Positions 38,317-48,727 of a DNA stretch of 64,000 bases are shown in pieces. The notes beneath the pieces are model-generated. The model had not been told where the DNA came from. It saw only the letters and a program-made list of their open reading frames with translations, and did not search any database. The DNA is from an uncultured Acidimicrobiales bacterium (GTDB lineage: Bacteria; Actinomycetota; Acidimicrobiia; Acidimicrobiales; UBA10347). The stretch covers positions 384,663 through 448,662 of the forward strand of contig CALSSD010000003.1 in the NCBI GenBank assembly GCA_943788915.1, in the 5' to 3' direction. The first letter of the stretch is position 1. Each line of letters begins with the position of its first letter. Made by a program: the position numbers and the translations under genes.

Positions 38317-41300
38317 ATGAAGAAACTGCTTGTTGCGAACCGCGGCGAAATCGCAATTCGGGCCTTTCGGGCGGCTTACCGGCTCGATCTCGACACGGTC
38401 GCGATTCACACGTTCGAAGACCGCAACAGCCTGCATCGGCTCAAGGCCGACGAAGCGAATGAGATCGGCGAACATGGCCATCCAGTGCGCGCCTACCTCG
38501 ACCCGATCGCCATTGTGACCGCCGCGAAACAGTCCGGGGCCGACGCGGTTTACCCCGGATATGGTTTCTTGAGCGAGAGCCCTGATTTCGCCGAAGCAGT
38601 CATCGATGTAGGTTTGACATTCGTTAGCCCATCGGTCGAGGTGCTGAAAGTCACCGGCAACAAACAACGGGCACGCGATGCTGCCGAAGCTGCGGGCCTG
38701 CCCGTGCTGCAACAGTCACCGGCGCTGACACCCGAGAGCGACCTGGTTGCACTGAGCGAAACCATTGGTTTCCCACTGTTCGTAAAGGCGGCCGCAGGCG
38801 GTGGCGGCCGAGGTATGCGCCGAGTCGAACATCCCTCCGATCTTGTCGAAGCCGTCGATGCAGCCATGCGCGAAGCACTCAGCGCATTCGGCGATGACAC
38901 CGTGTTTCTCGAAGAGGCAATGACCGACGTCCGCCATATCGAGGTCCAAGTACTCGGCGATAACGCTGGCACGGTCGAGTTCTTGGTCGACACGTCCGGC
39001 CGTCATGTGTTCATCGAGATGAACCCTCGTATCCAGGTGGAGCACACCGTGACCGAAGAGGTCACCGACGTTGACCTCGTCGAAGCGCAACTGCGTATCG
39101 CAGCTGGCGACACACTGGCCGATCTCGGTCTTGACCAAGCCTCCATTGTGCTCCGCGGCTTTGCGCTGCAGTGTCGCATCACCGCCGAAGACCCGGCGAA
39201 TGACTTCCGCCCCGACACCGGTCGACTCCTGGCCTATCGCACCCCAGGCGGGGCTGGCGTGCGACTCGACGGCAGCGGCGGTTTCGTTGGCCACGAGATC
39301 ACGCCCTACTTCGATTCGCTCATCGTGAAGTTGACCTGTCGCGGCCGGTCATTCGATGATGCGGTGCGCCGGGCCGAGCGCTCATTGGCTGAGTTCCGAG
39401 TACGTGGCATCGCTACCAACCTGGCGTTTCTGCAGGCCGTGCTCGGCAACGACGATTTCCGCTCGGGTGGCGTGACAACCACCTTTATCGACGAACGCCC
39501 CGAACTCACCGCAGCATCTGTTGGAGCAGACCGATCCACGCGCCTTCTTCGTTATCTCGGAGACATCACCGTCAACCAGCCTCACGGCTCAGCACCGACA
39601 GAACTCGACCCACACACCAAGTTGCCCCCGGTCACCGGAACCCCAGCCGATGGCAGCAAGCAGCTTCTCGATCGACTATGCCCAGCGGGATTCGCGTCAG
39701 CACTTCGCAACCAAAATGCGCTTGCGGTCACCGACACCACGTTGCGTGATGCTCACCAGTCGATTCTTGCTACCCGCGTTCGCAGCATCGACCTGACCCG
39801 GGGTGCCGAAGCAATCGCCCATGCCACCCCTGGCCTGCTCAGCCTTGAGTGTTGGGGCGGGGCGACCTTCGATGTTGCCTTGCGTTTCCTTCATGAAGAT
39901 CCGTGGAAACGCCTCGAAGCATTACGCGAGGCCGCACCAAACTTGTGCCTTCAGATGCTCATTCGCGGCCGCAACGCGGTGGGTTATTCGCCGTATCCCG
40001 ATGTGGTTGCCCGCACCTTCGTGGCCGAAGCGCACCGCACCGGTATCGACATCTTCCGGGTGTTCGACGCGTTCAACGACATCGAACAGATGCGCCCTGC
40101 CATCGAAGCCGCCATCGAGGTCGGCGCAGTCGCCGAAGGCACGTTGTGTTACTCCGGCAATATGACGGACCCCGGCGAAGATCTGTACACCCTCGACTAC
40201 TACCTGGGTGTTGCCGAGAAACTCGTCGATGCCGGCGCTCATATCTTGTGTGTCAAGGATATGGCTGGCCTACTCCGTGCACCCGCAGCCTCGATCCTCA
40301 TCAGCGCGTTGCGCGACCGGTTCGACACACCCGTACATCTGCACAGTCACGACACATCCGGTGGCCAGCTCGCCACGTACGCCGCAGCGGCTCAAGCGGG
40401 CGTCGACGCAGTAGACGGTGCCGCTCCCCCGCTCTCTGGCATGACAAGCCAGCCGTCGCTCTCCGCGATCATCGCTGCCACCGAACACACCGAACGTGAC
40501 ACCGGGCTTTCACTTGACGCAGTCGGCGAACTCGAGCCGTATTGGGAAGCAGTCCGTGCCCTGTACAAGCCGTTCGAAGCTGGTCTCACATCGCCGACCG
40601 GCACGGTCTATAAACACGAGATCCCTGGCGGGCAGTTGTCCAACCTACGCCAACAGGCCATTGCGCTTGGTCTGGGCGACCGGTTCGAAGAAGTCGAACA
40701 TCTCTACGCCACATGTAATGTGCTGCTTGGCAGGCCCATCAAGGTCACACCAAGCTCCAAGGTCGTCGGCGACCTGGCATTACACCTGGTCGCTTCCGGG
40801 GTAACGCCGGCACAGCTCGAAAACGATCCCGAGTCCGTTGACCTGCCCGAAAGTGTGATCAAGTTCTTGCACGGCGAACTTGGCACTCCACCCGCTGGTT
40901 TCCCGGAACCATTCCGGACAAAGGCGCTCGTCGGCCGCCCCTACACGCCGACTCCGGCCGAACTGGATCCCATCGATGAGCAAGCGCTCCAAGGCGACGA
41001 TGTTCGCAAGGTGCTGAATCGTCTGCTGTTGCCAGGCCCAGCCGCCAGTCAGGAGGAACAAGCAGCTCGCTACGGCAACCTTGCGGTATTGCCGTCTCGG
41101 ATCTTCTGGTACGGCCTTGACATCAACCAGGGTGACCGTTCCGTCGAGCTTCGTCCTGGCGTGAACGTGTTGGTCGGGCTTGAAGCAGTTGGTGAACCAA
41201 ATGACGATGGCATCCGGTCCGTCGTGTTCCGTCTCAATGGTCAGTTCCGCCCCATCGACATTCGGGACCGCCACGTAGCTTCGAATGTGATCACAAGCGA

Positions 41301-41553
41301 GAAGGCCAAACTGCACACCCCTGGCCATGTCGCCGCGCCGTTCCGTGGTGTGGTCTCGGTCAGCGTCGCTCCTGGTGACACCGTCGAGGCAGGCGATTCA
41401 GTTGCGGTGATCGAAGCGATGAAGATGGAATCAGCCATCTCTGCGGGGGTCAGTGGCACCGTGAGTCGGGTGGTCGTACCACTGGCTGCTGCAGTGGAAC
41501 CCGGCGACCTACTCGTCGAAATCCGTCCTGCTGGACTCGCGGAAGAAATCTGA
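38317..41553 (+). CDS. pyc: Pyruvate carboxylase with an in-frame internal deletion in the biotin carboxylase domain
   Basis: LVANRGEIA, PGYGFLSE, GGGGRGM, EMNPRIQVEH, RDAHQS, KDMAG, HEIPGGQ, KVTPSSK, EAMKM. Confidence 0.95.
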   Translation: MKKLLVANRGEIAIRAFRAAYRLDLDTVAIHTFEDRNSLHRLKADEANEIGEHGHPVRAYLDPIAIVTAAKQSGADAVYPGYGFLSESPDFAEAVIDVGLTFVSPSVEVLKVTGNKQRARDAAEAAGLPVLQQSPALTPESDLVALSETIGFPLFVKAAAGGGGRGMRRVEHPSDLVEAVDAAMREALSAFGDDTVFLEEAMTDVRHIEVQVLGDNAGTVEFLVDTSGRHVFIEMNPRIQVEHTVTEEVTDVDLVEAQLRIAAGDTLADLGLDQASIVLRGFALQCRITAEDPANDFRPDTGRLLAYRTPGGAGVRLDGSGGFVGHEITPYFDSLIVKLTCRGRSFDDAVRRAERSLAEFRVRGIATNLAFLQAVLGNDDFRSGGVTTTFIDERPELTAASVGADRSTRLLRYLGDITVNQPHGSAPTELDPHTKLPPVTGTPADGSKQLLDRLCPAGFASALRNQNALAVTDTTLRDAHQSILATRVRSIDLTRGAEAIAHATPGLLSLECWGGATFDVALRFLHEDPWKRLEALREAAPNLCLQMLIRGRNAVGYSPYPDVVARTFVAEAHRTGIDIFRVFDAFNDIEQMRPAIEAAIEVGAVAEGTLCYSGNMTDPGEDLYTLDYYLGVAEKLVDAGAHILCVKDMAGLLRAPAASILISALRDRFDTPVHLHSHDTSGGQLATYAAAAQAGVDAVDGAAPPLSGMTSQPSLSAIIAATEHTERDTGLSLDAVGELEPYWEAVRALYKPFEAGLTSPTGTVYKHEIPGGQLSNLRQQAIALGLGDRFEEVEHLYATCNVLLGRPIKVTPSSKVVGDLALHLVASGVTPAQLENDPESVDLPESVIKFLHGELGTPPAGFPEPFRTKALVGRPYTPTPAELDPIDEQALQGDDVRKVLNRLLLPGPAASQEEQAARYGNLAVLPSRIFWYGLDINQGDRSVELRPGVNVLVGLEAVGEPNDDGIRSVVFRLNGQFRPIDIRDRHVASNVITSEKAKLHTPGHVAAPFRGVVSVSVAPGDTVEAGDSVAVIEAMKMESAISAGVSGTVSRVVVPLAAAVEPGDLLVEIRPAGLAEEI

Positions 41554-41616
41554 TCGGCTTGCGTACCCCGAGGTTCTGACCTGGGGACTGACCGCAGCAG
41601 GTGCGCGTTGGGCGAG

Positions 41617-42771
41617 CTACGGGTTGAGGCGCAGAGGCAGGTCGGCTATGTGGCGGCAGCCGGTTTGTGCCATGACGTTGACAAGTTCGTCGGCAAGCAC
41701 GTCGTAGGCATGGCCTGCGCCGTTCGCCCCGAGGGCAGCGACGCCGAAGAGGAATGCTCGCCCGCAGAAGACGAAGTCAGCACCCATTGCAAGGGCGCGA
41801 GCGACATCGAGTCCTGAGCGAATACCGCTGTCGAAGATCACTGGCACACGGCCATCAATCCGCTCCAGAATTGCCGGCAACGCATGGATGGCGGCAATCG
41901 ACCCATCAAGCTGGCGGCCGCCGTGATTTGACACCCAGATGGCATCAGCGCCGCGTTCGAGACAACGCTCAGCGTCGTCGGGATCCAGGATGCCTTTGAC
42001 GACCAGGGGGCCTCGCCATTCTTTGCGCACGTCAGACAGGTAGTCGTACGACAGCGTTCCGCCCAGACTTGCACCAACGAAACCAGCAATGTGCTGCATG
42101 GTGGCCTTGTCGACATACTTCTCGAGCGTGCGGAACCGGGGCAGGCCGTTCTTGAGTACTCCCATGGACCAGGACGGGTTGATCGCAGACTGGGCGATCA
42201 GCTTGGGGCCGATCTTGGGTGGCACCCGAATCTGAGCCTTGACCTGACGTTCGCGCCGACTGCGAGCGGGGACATCGGCAGTTACCACAAGTGTCGTGAA
42301 CCCCGAGGCTTGAGCGCGGTCGATGAGGTCTTTCCGCATGTCAGCTTCACGCGGCGGGTAGAGCTGAAACCAGCCCATGCCGTCGGCCGCAGGTCCAGCA
42401 ACTTCGGGCGATGTCGTGGACACGGTGCTCATGCAATACGGGATCCGACGGTCAGCGGCAGCCGCAGCGAGCGCAGCGTCGGCTCCTGGCCAAATAAGTC
42501 CGGTGAGCCCCACCGGCGCAATGCCAATCGGGGCCGTATACGTGATCCCAAACAGTTCGGTCTCGACCGCGGGGTCGAACTTACCCTTGAGGAGTTGCGG
42601 CACCAGCGTGATCTCGCCGAGCGCGTCAGCGTTGCGTTGCACTGCCTGATCGGCACCGGTCCCGCTGTCGAGGTACTCCCAAGAAAAGTGCGGAACCCGT
42701 TTCTTGGCCCGGGCTTCGAGGTCACTTATTGCCGGATATCGATCCATGAGTGGTGCAGCCATCACCGCCAT
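41617..42771 (-). CDS. FMN-dependent alpha-hydroxy-acid oxidase/L-lactate dehydrogenase
   Basis: [27 protein letters not shown]. Confidence 0.93.
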   Translation of the reverse strand: MAVMAAPLMDRYPAISDLEARAKKRVPHFSWEYLDSGTGADQAVQRNADALGEITLVPQLLKGKFDPAVETELFGITYTAPIGIAPVGLTGLIWPGADAALAAAAADRRIPYCMSTVSTTSPEVAGPAADGMGWFQLYPPREADMRKDLIDRAQASGFTTLVVTADVPARSRRERQVKAQIRVPPKIGPKLIAQSAINPSWSMGVLKNGLPRFRTLEKYVDKATMQHIAGFVGASLGGTLSYDYLSDVRKEWRGPLVVKGILDPDDAERCLERGADAIWVSNHGGRQLDGSIAAIHALPAILERIDGRVPVIFDSGIRSGLDVARALAMGADFVFCGRAFLFGVAALGANGAGHAYDVLADELVNVMAQTGCRHIADLPLRLNP

Positions 42772-42806
42772 TGTGCCGCACAGCGAACCAGTACCGAAAA
42801 CTTCAG

Positions 42807-44234
42807 CTACCAGTTTGCGGCGATGTACTGCGTCTCGCAGAACTCATAGATGCCCTCACTGGCACCTTCACGACCCAGACCGGACTGCTTCATGCCACCA
42901 AATGGGGCTGCGGGATCCGACATTGCGCCCCGGTTGAGACCGACCATGCCGCTCTGTAGCCGTTCGCTGACTTGGAGCCCTCGGCGCAGGTCTTCGGTGT
43001 ACACGTATGCAGCAAGACCCATCTCGGTGTCGTTGGCCTCGGCGATCATCTGATCGGTATCGGTGAAGGAGATGACCGGTGCGATCGGGCCGAAGATCTC
43101 TTCGCCTGCGATCGGCGAATGGTGGGCAACGTTGCCGAGCACAGTTGGTTCGTAAAAGAAGCCTGGACCGTCGATTGGTTTGCCACCAAGCTCCGCGGTG
43201 GCACCGTTCGCGAGCGCTGCTTCAACCAGGCCGTGCATGTTCGCGACCGCCTTCGCAGTGATCATTGGCCCACAGTCGACCCCCTCACCCAGCCCGTTAC
43301 CGACCTTGACCTGCGACATTGCCGCCGCCAACTTGGCCGTGAATTCGCTGGCAACACCGGCGTGGGCATAGAACCGATTGGCTGCCGTGCAGGTCTCGGC
43401 GCTGTGACGCATCTTGGCCACCATGGCACCTTCAACTGCAGCATCGATGTCGGCGTCGTCGAACACGATGAACGGCGCGTTACCACCGAGCTCCATCACG
43501 GTCTTCAGAACCCGATCGGCAGACTTGCGAAGCAAGAGGCGGCCCACCGCAGTTGAGCCAGTGAACGAGACCATGCGAGTTGCCTTGTGGTCAACTGCTG
43601 CGTCGAACCATGCGCCAGGGTCATTCGCTGCAACAACATTGATGAGACCACCGGGTACGCCTGCCTCTTCACACAACTCGGCGACCCGTAGTGCGGTAAG
43701 TGGCGTTTCAGCAGGCGGTTTGATCACTACCGCATTGCCAGCCGCCAATGCAGGGGCGAGCTTGCGGGTGATCATCGCTGCCGGGAAGTTCCACGGCGTG
43801 ACAATGACAACCACGCCCATGGGGGGATGCTGCACGATGATCCGTTTATCACCACCTGGGGCCATGCCGATCGAGCCGTGGATACGCACGGCCTCTTCCG
43901 AGTTCCAGCGGAAGAATTCAGCAGCGTAGGAGACCTCGCCGACCGCGTCGGAGCGAGGTTTGCCGTTTTCTTTAACAATCAGATCAGCCAGCTCGTCGGT
44001 GTGTTCCATGAGTGTCTGCCAGCAGTTGCGAAGAATCTCTGCCCGAACCCGTGGTGCTGTCGCTGCCCATGCTGGCTGCGCAGCTGCTGCTGCATCGACG
44101 GCTGCCGTTGCGTCAGCCGCAACGCCAGCGGCAACCGTCTCGATGACTTCACCGGTAGACGGATCGACAACGTCGATGCGTTCGCCACCCGTTCCGGCAC
44201 GCCACTGGCCACCGATCAACAAGTCAGTCTTCAT
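42807..44234 (-). CDS. gabD: NAD(P)-dependent succinate-semialdehyde dehydrogenase
   Basis: [47 protein letters not shown]. Confidence 0.88.
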   Translation of the reverse strand: MKTDLLIGGQWRAGTGGERIDVVDPSTGEVIETVAAGVAADATAAVDAAAAAQPAWAATAPRVRAEILRNCWQTLMEHTDELADLIVKENGKPRSDAVGEVSYAAEFFRWNSEEAVRIHGSIGMAPGGDKRIIVQHPPMGVVVIVTPWNFPAAMITRKLAPALAAGNAVVIKPPAETPLTALRVAELCEEAGVPGGLINVVAANDPGAWFDAAVDHKATRMVSFTGSTAVGRLLLRKSADRVLKTVMELGGNAPFIVFDDADIDAAVEGAMVAKMRHSAETCTAANRFYAHAGVASEFTAKLAAAMSQVKVGNGLGEGVDCGPMITAKAVANMHGLVEAALANGATAELGGKPIDGPGFFYEPTVLGNVAHHSPIAGEEIFGPIAPVISFTDTDQMIAEANDTEMGLAAYVYTEDLRRGLQVSERLQSGMVGLNRGAMSDPAAPFGGMKQSGLGREGASEGIYEFCETQYIAANW

Positions 44235-44341
44235 GATTTTCCCCCGACAGAGCAGTAAGACGCACAGTCTGCCAGCCGTTCGTCGCCTGCGCCTACGTCA
44301 ACAAGTTGCACCGATGGTCGAGATTGAGTCAGCATCGATGG

Positions 44342-45304
44342 GTGACCAATGTGATCGATCTGGAAGAAGCCCTCGACGAGATGCACGCAGCGGTGCTGGC
44401 CATATTGCCGCCGACGCTGTTCGACCTCACCGACCTCGCTGCCTGTCGGGCCCAGCTCGAAGTTGTACTGGCAGCAAGACCGGTGCCGCCACTGCCCGAG
44501 AACGTCACGATCTCCGAGACACACGTACCAGGTTTTGATGGCGACCCCGACGTGCGGGTCAAGATGTACACACCCGACAACCTGGCACCAGGATCACCTG
44601 CGCTTGTCTGGATACATGGCGGCGGCATGGTCTTGTTGTCGGCTGACGGCGACGACTTCCTATGTGCAACCTGGGCCGCGAACCACAACTGCCTGGTGGC
44701 GTCCGTTGACTACCGACTGGCACCAGAGACTTCAGCCCCCGGGCTGGTGAACGACTGTTATGCGGCATTCCGCCATGTCGCCGCAAACGCCGATGTACTC
44801 GGCATCGACCCCAACCGCATCGTGCTTGGCGGCGCGAGCGCCGGTGGCGGACTCGCAGCTGGCACAGCGCTGCTCGCCCGTGATCAGGGTGGTCAGCAAC
44901 CGGCGGCGCAACTCCTGGTGTTCCCCATGCTTGATCACAGCAACACCACCGAGAGCAGCCATGCCATTCATGACAAGCGGGTGTGGAACCGATCAGCGAA
45001 CCTGCTGGCGTGGGAGCACTACCTGGGTGGCGCTGAACCCACGATCTACAGCTCACCTTCGACCTGCGATGACCTCAGCGGGCTACCGCACGCCTACATC
45101 AATGTCGGCACCATGGACATGTTCCACGACGAGGACATCGCGTACGCCACTGCCCTCAATCGGGCTGGTGTGGCATGCGAACTTCATGTCTACCCGGGGG
45201 CCTTTCATGCGTCGCAGAACTTCGTAGTAAAACACCCGATGTCACAACGGTGGGCAGCTGATCAAGAAGCGTTCCTGGCTCGAGCTCTGAACGGCGACCT
45301 GTAG
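44342..45304 (+). CDS. HSL-family esterase (alpha/beta hydrolase)
   Basis: HGGG, DYRLAPE, GASAGG, YPGAFH; start approximate. Confidence 0.92.
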   Translation: MTNVIDLEEALDEMHAAVLAILPPTLFDLTDLAACRAQLEVVLAARPVPPLPENVTISETHVPGFDGDPDVRVKMYTPDNLAPGSPALVWIHGGGMVLLSADGDDFLCATWAANHNCLVASVDYRLAPETSAPGLVNDCYAAFRHVAANADVLGIDPNRIVLGGASAGGGLAAGTALLARDQGGQQPAAQLLVFPMLDHSNTTESSHAIHDKRVWNRSANLLAWEHYLGGAEPTIYSSPSTCDDLSGLPHAYINVGTMDMFHDEDIAYATALNRAGVACELHVYPGAFHASQNFVVKHPMSQRWAADQEAFLARALNGDL

Positions 45305-45453
45305 GAATCACCAACGTACTCGGGCGCTCGATGGCCATCGGACTGCACCTGGCTCGCGTAACCACCGATGCATCATCTCGAGGCCGGCACCGAATACGAG
45401 CCGGGTTGTGGGCGACAGCGCGTCACTGTCCACGCCCAACACGTTTATGTGAC

Positions 45454-46782
45454 CTAACGAGCTCGCTCGATGTAACGGGCGACCGTGTTCTCGAGCAGCT
45501 CCTGGCGCCCAGACGAGCGTGAAGGTTCGACGTTCTTTCGAACGCGATCGCGCAGCGACTCGAGTGACGCATCGCCGTTCATGATGTCGGTGCCAAAGGG
45601 CGTGCGCCAGCCGGCATACCGATCAGCGGTAGCGCCACTGAGTACTTCGTCGTCGAACATGGCGTGGGCAGCGAGCAGTGCCCGAGCCATCGTGTCCATG
45701 CCTCCGATGTGGGCGTGGAAAAGATCATCGCGGGCAATGGACTGGCGACGCAGCTTGGCGTCGAAGTTCAGTCCACCGGTGGTGAAACCTCCACCCCGCA
45801 AGATCTCGTACATACCTAACGTCATCTGTTCGACGGACACGGGGAACCGGTCAACGTCCCAGCCAAGCCGATCATCGCCAGCGTTAGCGTCGACGCTGCC
45901 GAAAATACCGGCAGCGTGGGCTGCGGCAATCTCATGGGCGAAGTCATGGCCCGACAAGGTGGCATGGTTGACTTCGATGTTCACATGGATTTCGCCCATG
46001 AGGTCGTACTTCTCGAGGAACGCATGGCAGGCGGCCACATCGAAGTCGTATTGATGTTTGGTCGGCTCGAACGGTTTCGGTTCGAGCAGCAACATTCCGG
46101 TGAAGCCGATCTCGCGTTTGTGTTCGACGACCATGTGGAGGAACCGAGCCATCTGATCGAGCTCGTGTGCCATGTCGGTATTCAGCAGGGTTTCGTATCC
46201 CTCCCGGCCGCCCCACAACACATAGTTTTCGCCACCTAAACGATGGGTTGCTTCAAGACACTGACTGACCTGGGCAGCAGCGTAGGCAAAAACCTCTGGA
46301 TCAGGATTCGTAGACGCACCCGCCTGGTAACGGGGGTGTGAGAACAGATTGGCTGTACCCCACAACAGCTTGACGCCCGTGCGTTCCATATGACCGGCTG
46401 CCTCGTCGACCATCTCGTCGAGGTAGTCGCAGTGCTCGCGGAACGTGAAACCCGACGGTGCGATGTCGACGTCGTGGAAGCAGAAGTACGGCGAACCCAG
46501 CTTGTCGAAGAACTCGAACGCGGCCTCCATCTTGGTCTTCGCAAGGTCGATCGGGTGGGCCTGGCTAGTCAGCCACGGGCGATCCATAGTGCCAGCCCCG
46601 AAGATATCGAAACCATCCCAGTTGAAGCTGTGCCAGTAAGCGACCGCAAACCGCAGGTGTTCTGCCATCGTGCGATCACCGACGACCCGGTCGGCGTCGT
46701 ACCAACGAAAGGCCAGCGGGTTGTCTGATTCGGGGCCCTCGTAGGCGATCTTCGAAGGGACACTGGTGAAGAACTCGGTCAT
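45454..46782 (-). CDS. xylA: Xylose isomerase (class II)
   Basis: LRFAVAYWH, FHDVD, WGGREGYETLLNT, EPKP.EPTKHQYD, EVNHA, NFDAKLRR. Confidence 0.97.
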   Translation of the reverse strand: MTEFFTSVPSKIAYEGPESDNPLAFRWYDADRVVGDRTMAEHLRFAVAYWHSFNWDGFDIFGAGTMDRPWLTSQAHPIDLAKTKMEAAFEFFDKLGSPYFCFHDVDIAPSGFTFREHCDYLDEMVDEAAGHMERTGVKLLWGTANLFSHPRYQAGASTNPDPEVFAYAAAQVSQCLEATHRLGGENYVLWGGREGYETLLNTDMAHELDQMARFLHMVVEHKREIGFTGMLLLEPKPFEPTKHQYDFDVAACHAFLEKYDLMGEIHVNIEVNHATLSGHDFAHEIAAAHAAGIFGSVDANAGDDRLGWDVDRFPVSVEQMTLGMYEILRGGGFTTGGLNFDAKLRRQSIARDDLFHAHIGGMDTMARALLAAHAMFDDEVLSGATADRYAGWRTPFGTDIMNGDASLESLRDRVRKNVEPSRSSGRQELLENTVARYIERAR

Positions 46783-46854
46783 ACTCAAAGACTACGGCGA
46801 GTCCGGATTCGTCGCTGGGCTCCTGATCCTGTTTTCGAGTGGTGTTCTCGCTGT

Positions 46855-47689
46855 CTAGCCAACTGATGTAGCCATAGCGGCAACATGGCCAGCGATGATC
46901 GGCCAGTAGAACGGTGGCAGGTCGTGGCCCATACCGTCGAGCGACACGAAGGTCGCGTTGGGCATGATCTCGGCGGTGCGCTCGCCACCAGCCGGGGTGA
47001 TGAGAGTGTCGGCGGTGCCGTGCATGACCAGTGTTGGCACCTGGACCTCGCGCAGAGCGTCCTCGCGCCGGGGTGACTTCACGATGGCGTTGTATTGATG
47101 CACCGTATTGCGGGGTTGCACGCCGTAGTCGAACATCATGGCGCCCTTCGCCCTGCTTGCTTCCTCGGTCCATTGGGCCGGTGATGCCCAGATCTGTTCG
47201 GTCGCAACACGATGATCAAGCCAGGCTTCGCGTTCGGTCGGCGAGGGGGTCAGCAGCGCCTCTTGTGCTTCCTTGGTCGCGCTGCCGAACTTGGGGTTGC
47301 CAGTGTTGGACATGAGCGAGGTGATCGAACGCAGCCGATCGCTGTGATCGATACCCAGTTGCTGCACGATCATGCCGCCCATCGACATACCGAAGACGTG
47401 TGCGGTCGACCAACCGACCGCATCGATCACTGCGATGGCATCGTTGGCTTGATCGGCTAGGAGGTAGCCACCGTTGGTAGAGGAGGCACGACCAGCGTCA
47501 CGATTGTCGAAACGAACGACATCGAAACCTCGGTCGTTGAACTCGAGCAACGAAACCGTCTTCATACGACACCCGAGGACTGCTCAGACCGTTGACCAGC
47601 AACAGCGGTTGGCCACCTTCGACTGCATGTCGAATCCAGGGCAACTCGATGTCACCGTTGCGGGCCGTGCCTTCGCTGATCTCAATCAT
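46855..47689 (-). CDS. Alpha/beta hydrolase; +1 frameshift near 47545
   Basis: LLLVNGL (ORF 47498-47689) joins FDNRDAG, GMSMGG, HG..D.LI, GMGHD; leaderless start after TAATGT. Confidence 0.85.
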
Positions 47690-47789
47690 CCATCGACATT
47701 ACTCGTGGCCCTCGGCAAACAGAAACGGTTCAAACACTTCAATGACTGCCGGCCAGAACGTCAGTATGGCTGCCCATGACTTGCCGCTA

Positions 47790-47818
47790 AACATGACAGT
47801 GCCTGGCACCGTCATGTT
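47790..47818. repeat. REP-like palindrome (AACATGAC subtype)
   Basis: AACATGACAGTGCCTGGCACCGTCATGTT. Confidence 0.85.
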
Positions 47819-47887
47819 GCGCACGAACCGCTTCATCGCAACGACCTCGCTGCTTGCCGCCAGCATGATGCCGGTGGCTTGCCGTGA

Positions 47888-48670
47888 TTATTCGGCGAAC
47901 AGGTGACGAATACCTCGGCTGACGGCGGCACCGATCGTTGAACTGTGCGACTCAGCGGGAAGGATCACATGGGCCGCGTCGAGGCCGGGGTACCCACGGC
48001 CTTGCAGTCGCTCGGCCATCTCAACGACATTGCCACACATGTTGAAACCTTCGAGCAGGTCTTCTGCTTCGCCCGCGGTGAGGAACACGCTGGCAGCCAA
48101 ATCATCGTGGGTAGCTGCATAGTCTGCTTCGAGGTCGAGCATCACCCGGTCGTGCCACCAGATCGAAGGGCTGGCAAGCAGGTACTTGTCGAAAAGTGTC
48201 GGCTCGGCGAAGAGCGCTCGAAGGCCGAACAAGCCGCTGAAGCTATGACCGACGAGCCATGTCTCGGAAATCCGCACGTCGTTGTGCAGTCGGGGCAACA
48301 CCTGGTCGCGGATGAAGGCGAGATAGACGAGCGCCTTGCCCGTGTCAGAGGCCTGAATACCTTTCACGCCAGTGACTTCGGGTGGCACCCACTCGGTGGG
48401 ACAGAACCAACGGGCCCGGCTTCGCAGATAACCGCTCATGGTGTCGTCAGTAAACGACAGACTGGCCACGAGTGCCTCGGGGGCTTCGCCGCTCATCGAC
48501 ATGATGCGGGTGGCGTCTCGTACCGTGCCCGCCGTCCATGCACCGTCGAGACACAAGATGAGCGGAGCAGCTTCCATCGAGTCGTATCGGAAGGGTGTCA
48601 CCACCGAGACATCGTGATCCACACCGGACGCACCGCAGGTCAGCGTGAAATCGGTCGAGGTCCATGCCAT
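47888..48670 (-). CDS. Putative esterase (IroE/BesA-like alpha/beta hydrolase)
   Basis: LDG, GHSFSGLF, SPSIWW, ESH. Confidence 0.88.
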   Translation of the reverse strand: MAWTSTDFTLTCGASGVDHDVSVVTPFRYDSMEAAPLILCLDGAWTAGTVRDATRIMSMSGEAPEALVASLSFTDDTMSGYLRSRARWFCPTEWVPPEVTGVKGIQASDTGKALVYLAFIRDQVLPRLHNDVRISETWLVGHSFSGLFGLRALFAEPTLFDKYLLASPSIWWHDRVMLDLEADYAATHDDLAASVFLTAGEAEDLLEGFNMCGNVVEMAERLQGRGYPGLDAAHVILPAESHSSTIGAAVSRGIRHLFAE

Positions 48671-48727
48671 CTCCGAAACCTAGCCGCCGGGGTTGTGCAC
48701 CCCCTATGTCGCCGGGTAGACGATGGT

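Noticed and set aside
47945..48727. 572-aa NiCoT ORF with a long N-terminal extension
   Set aside because: The extension is the antisense shadow of the esterase gene; the real start is near 48728
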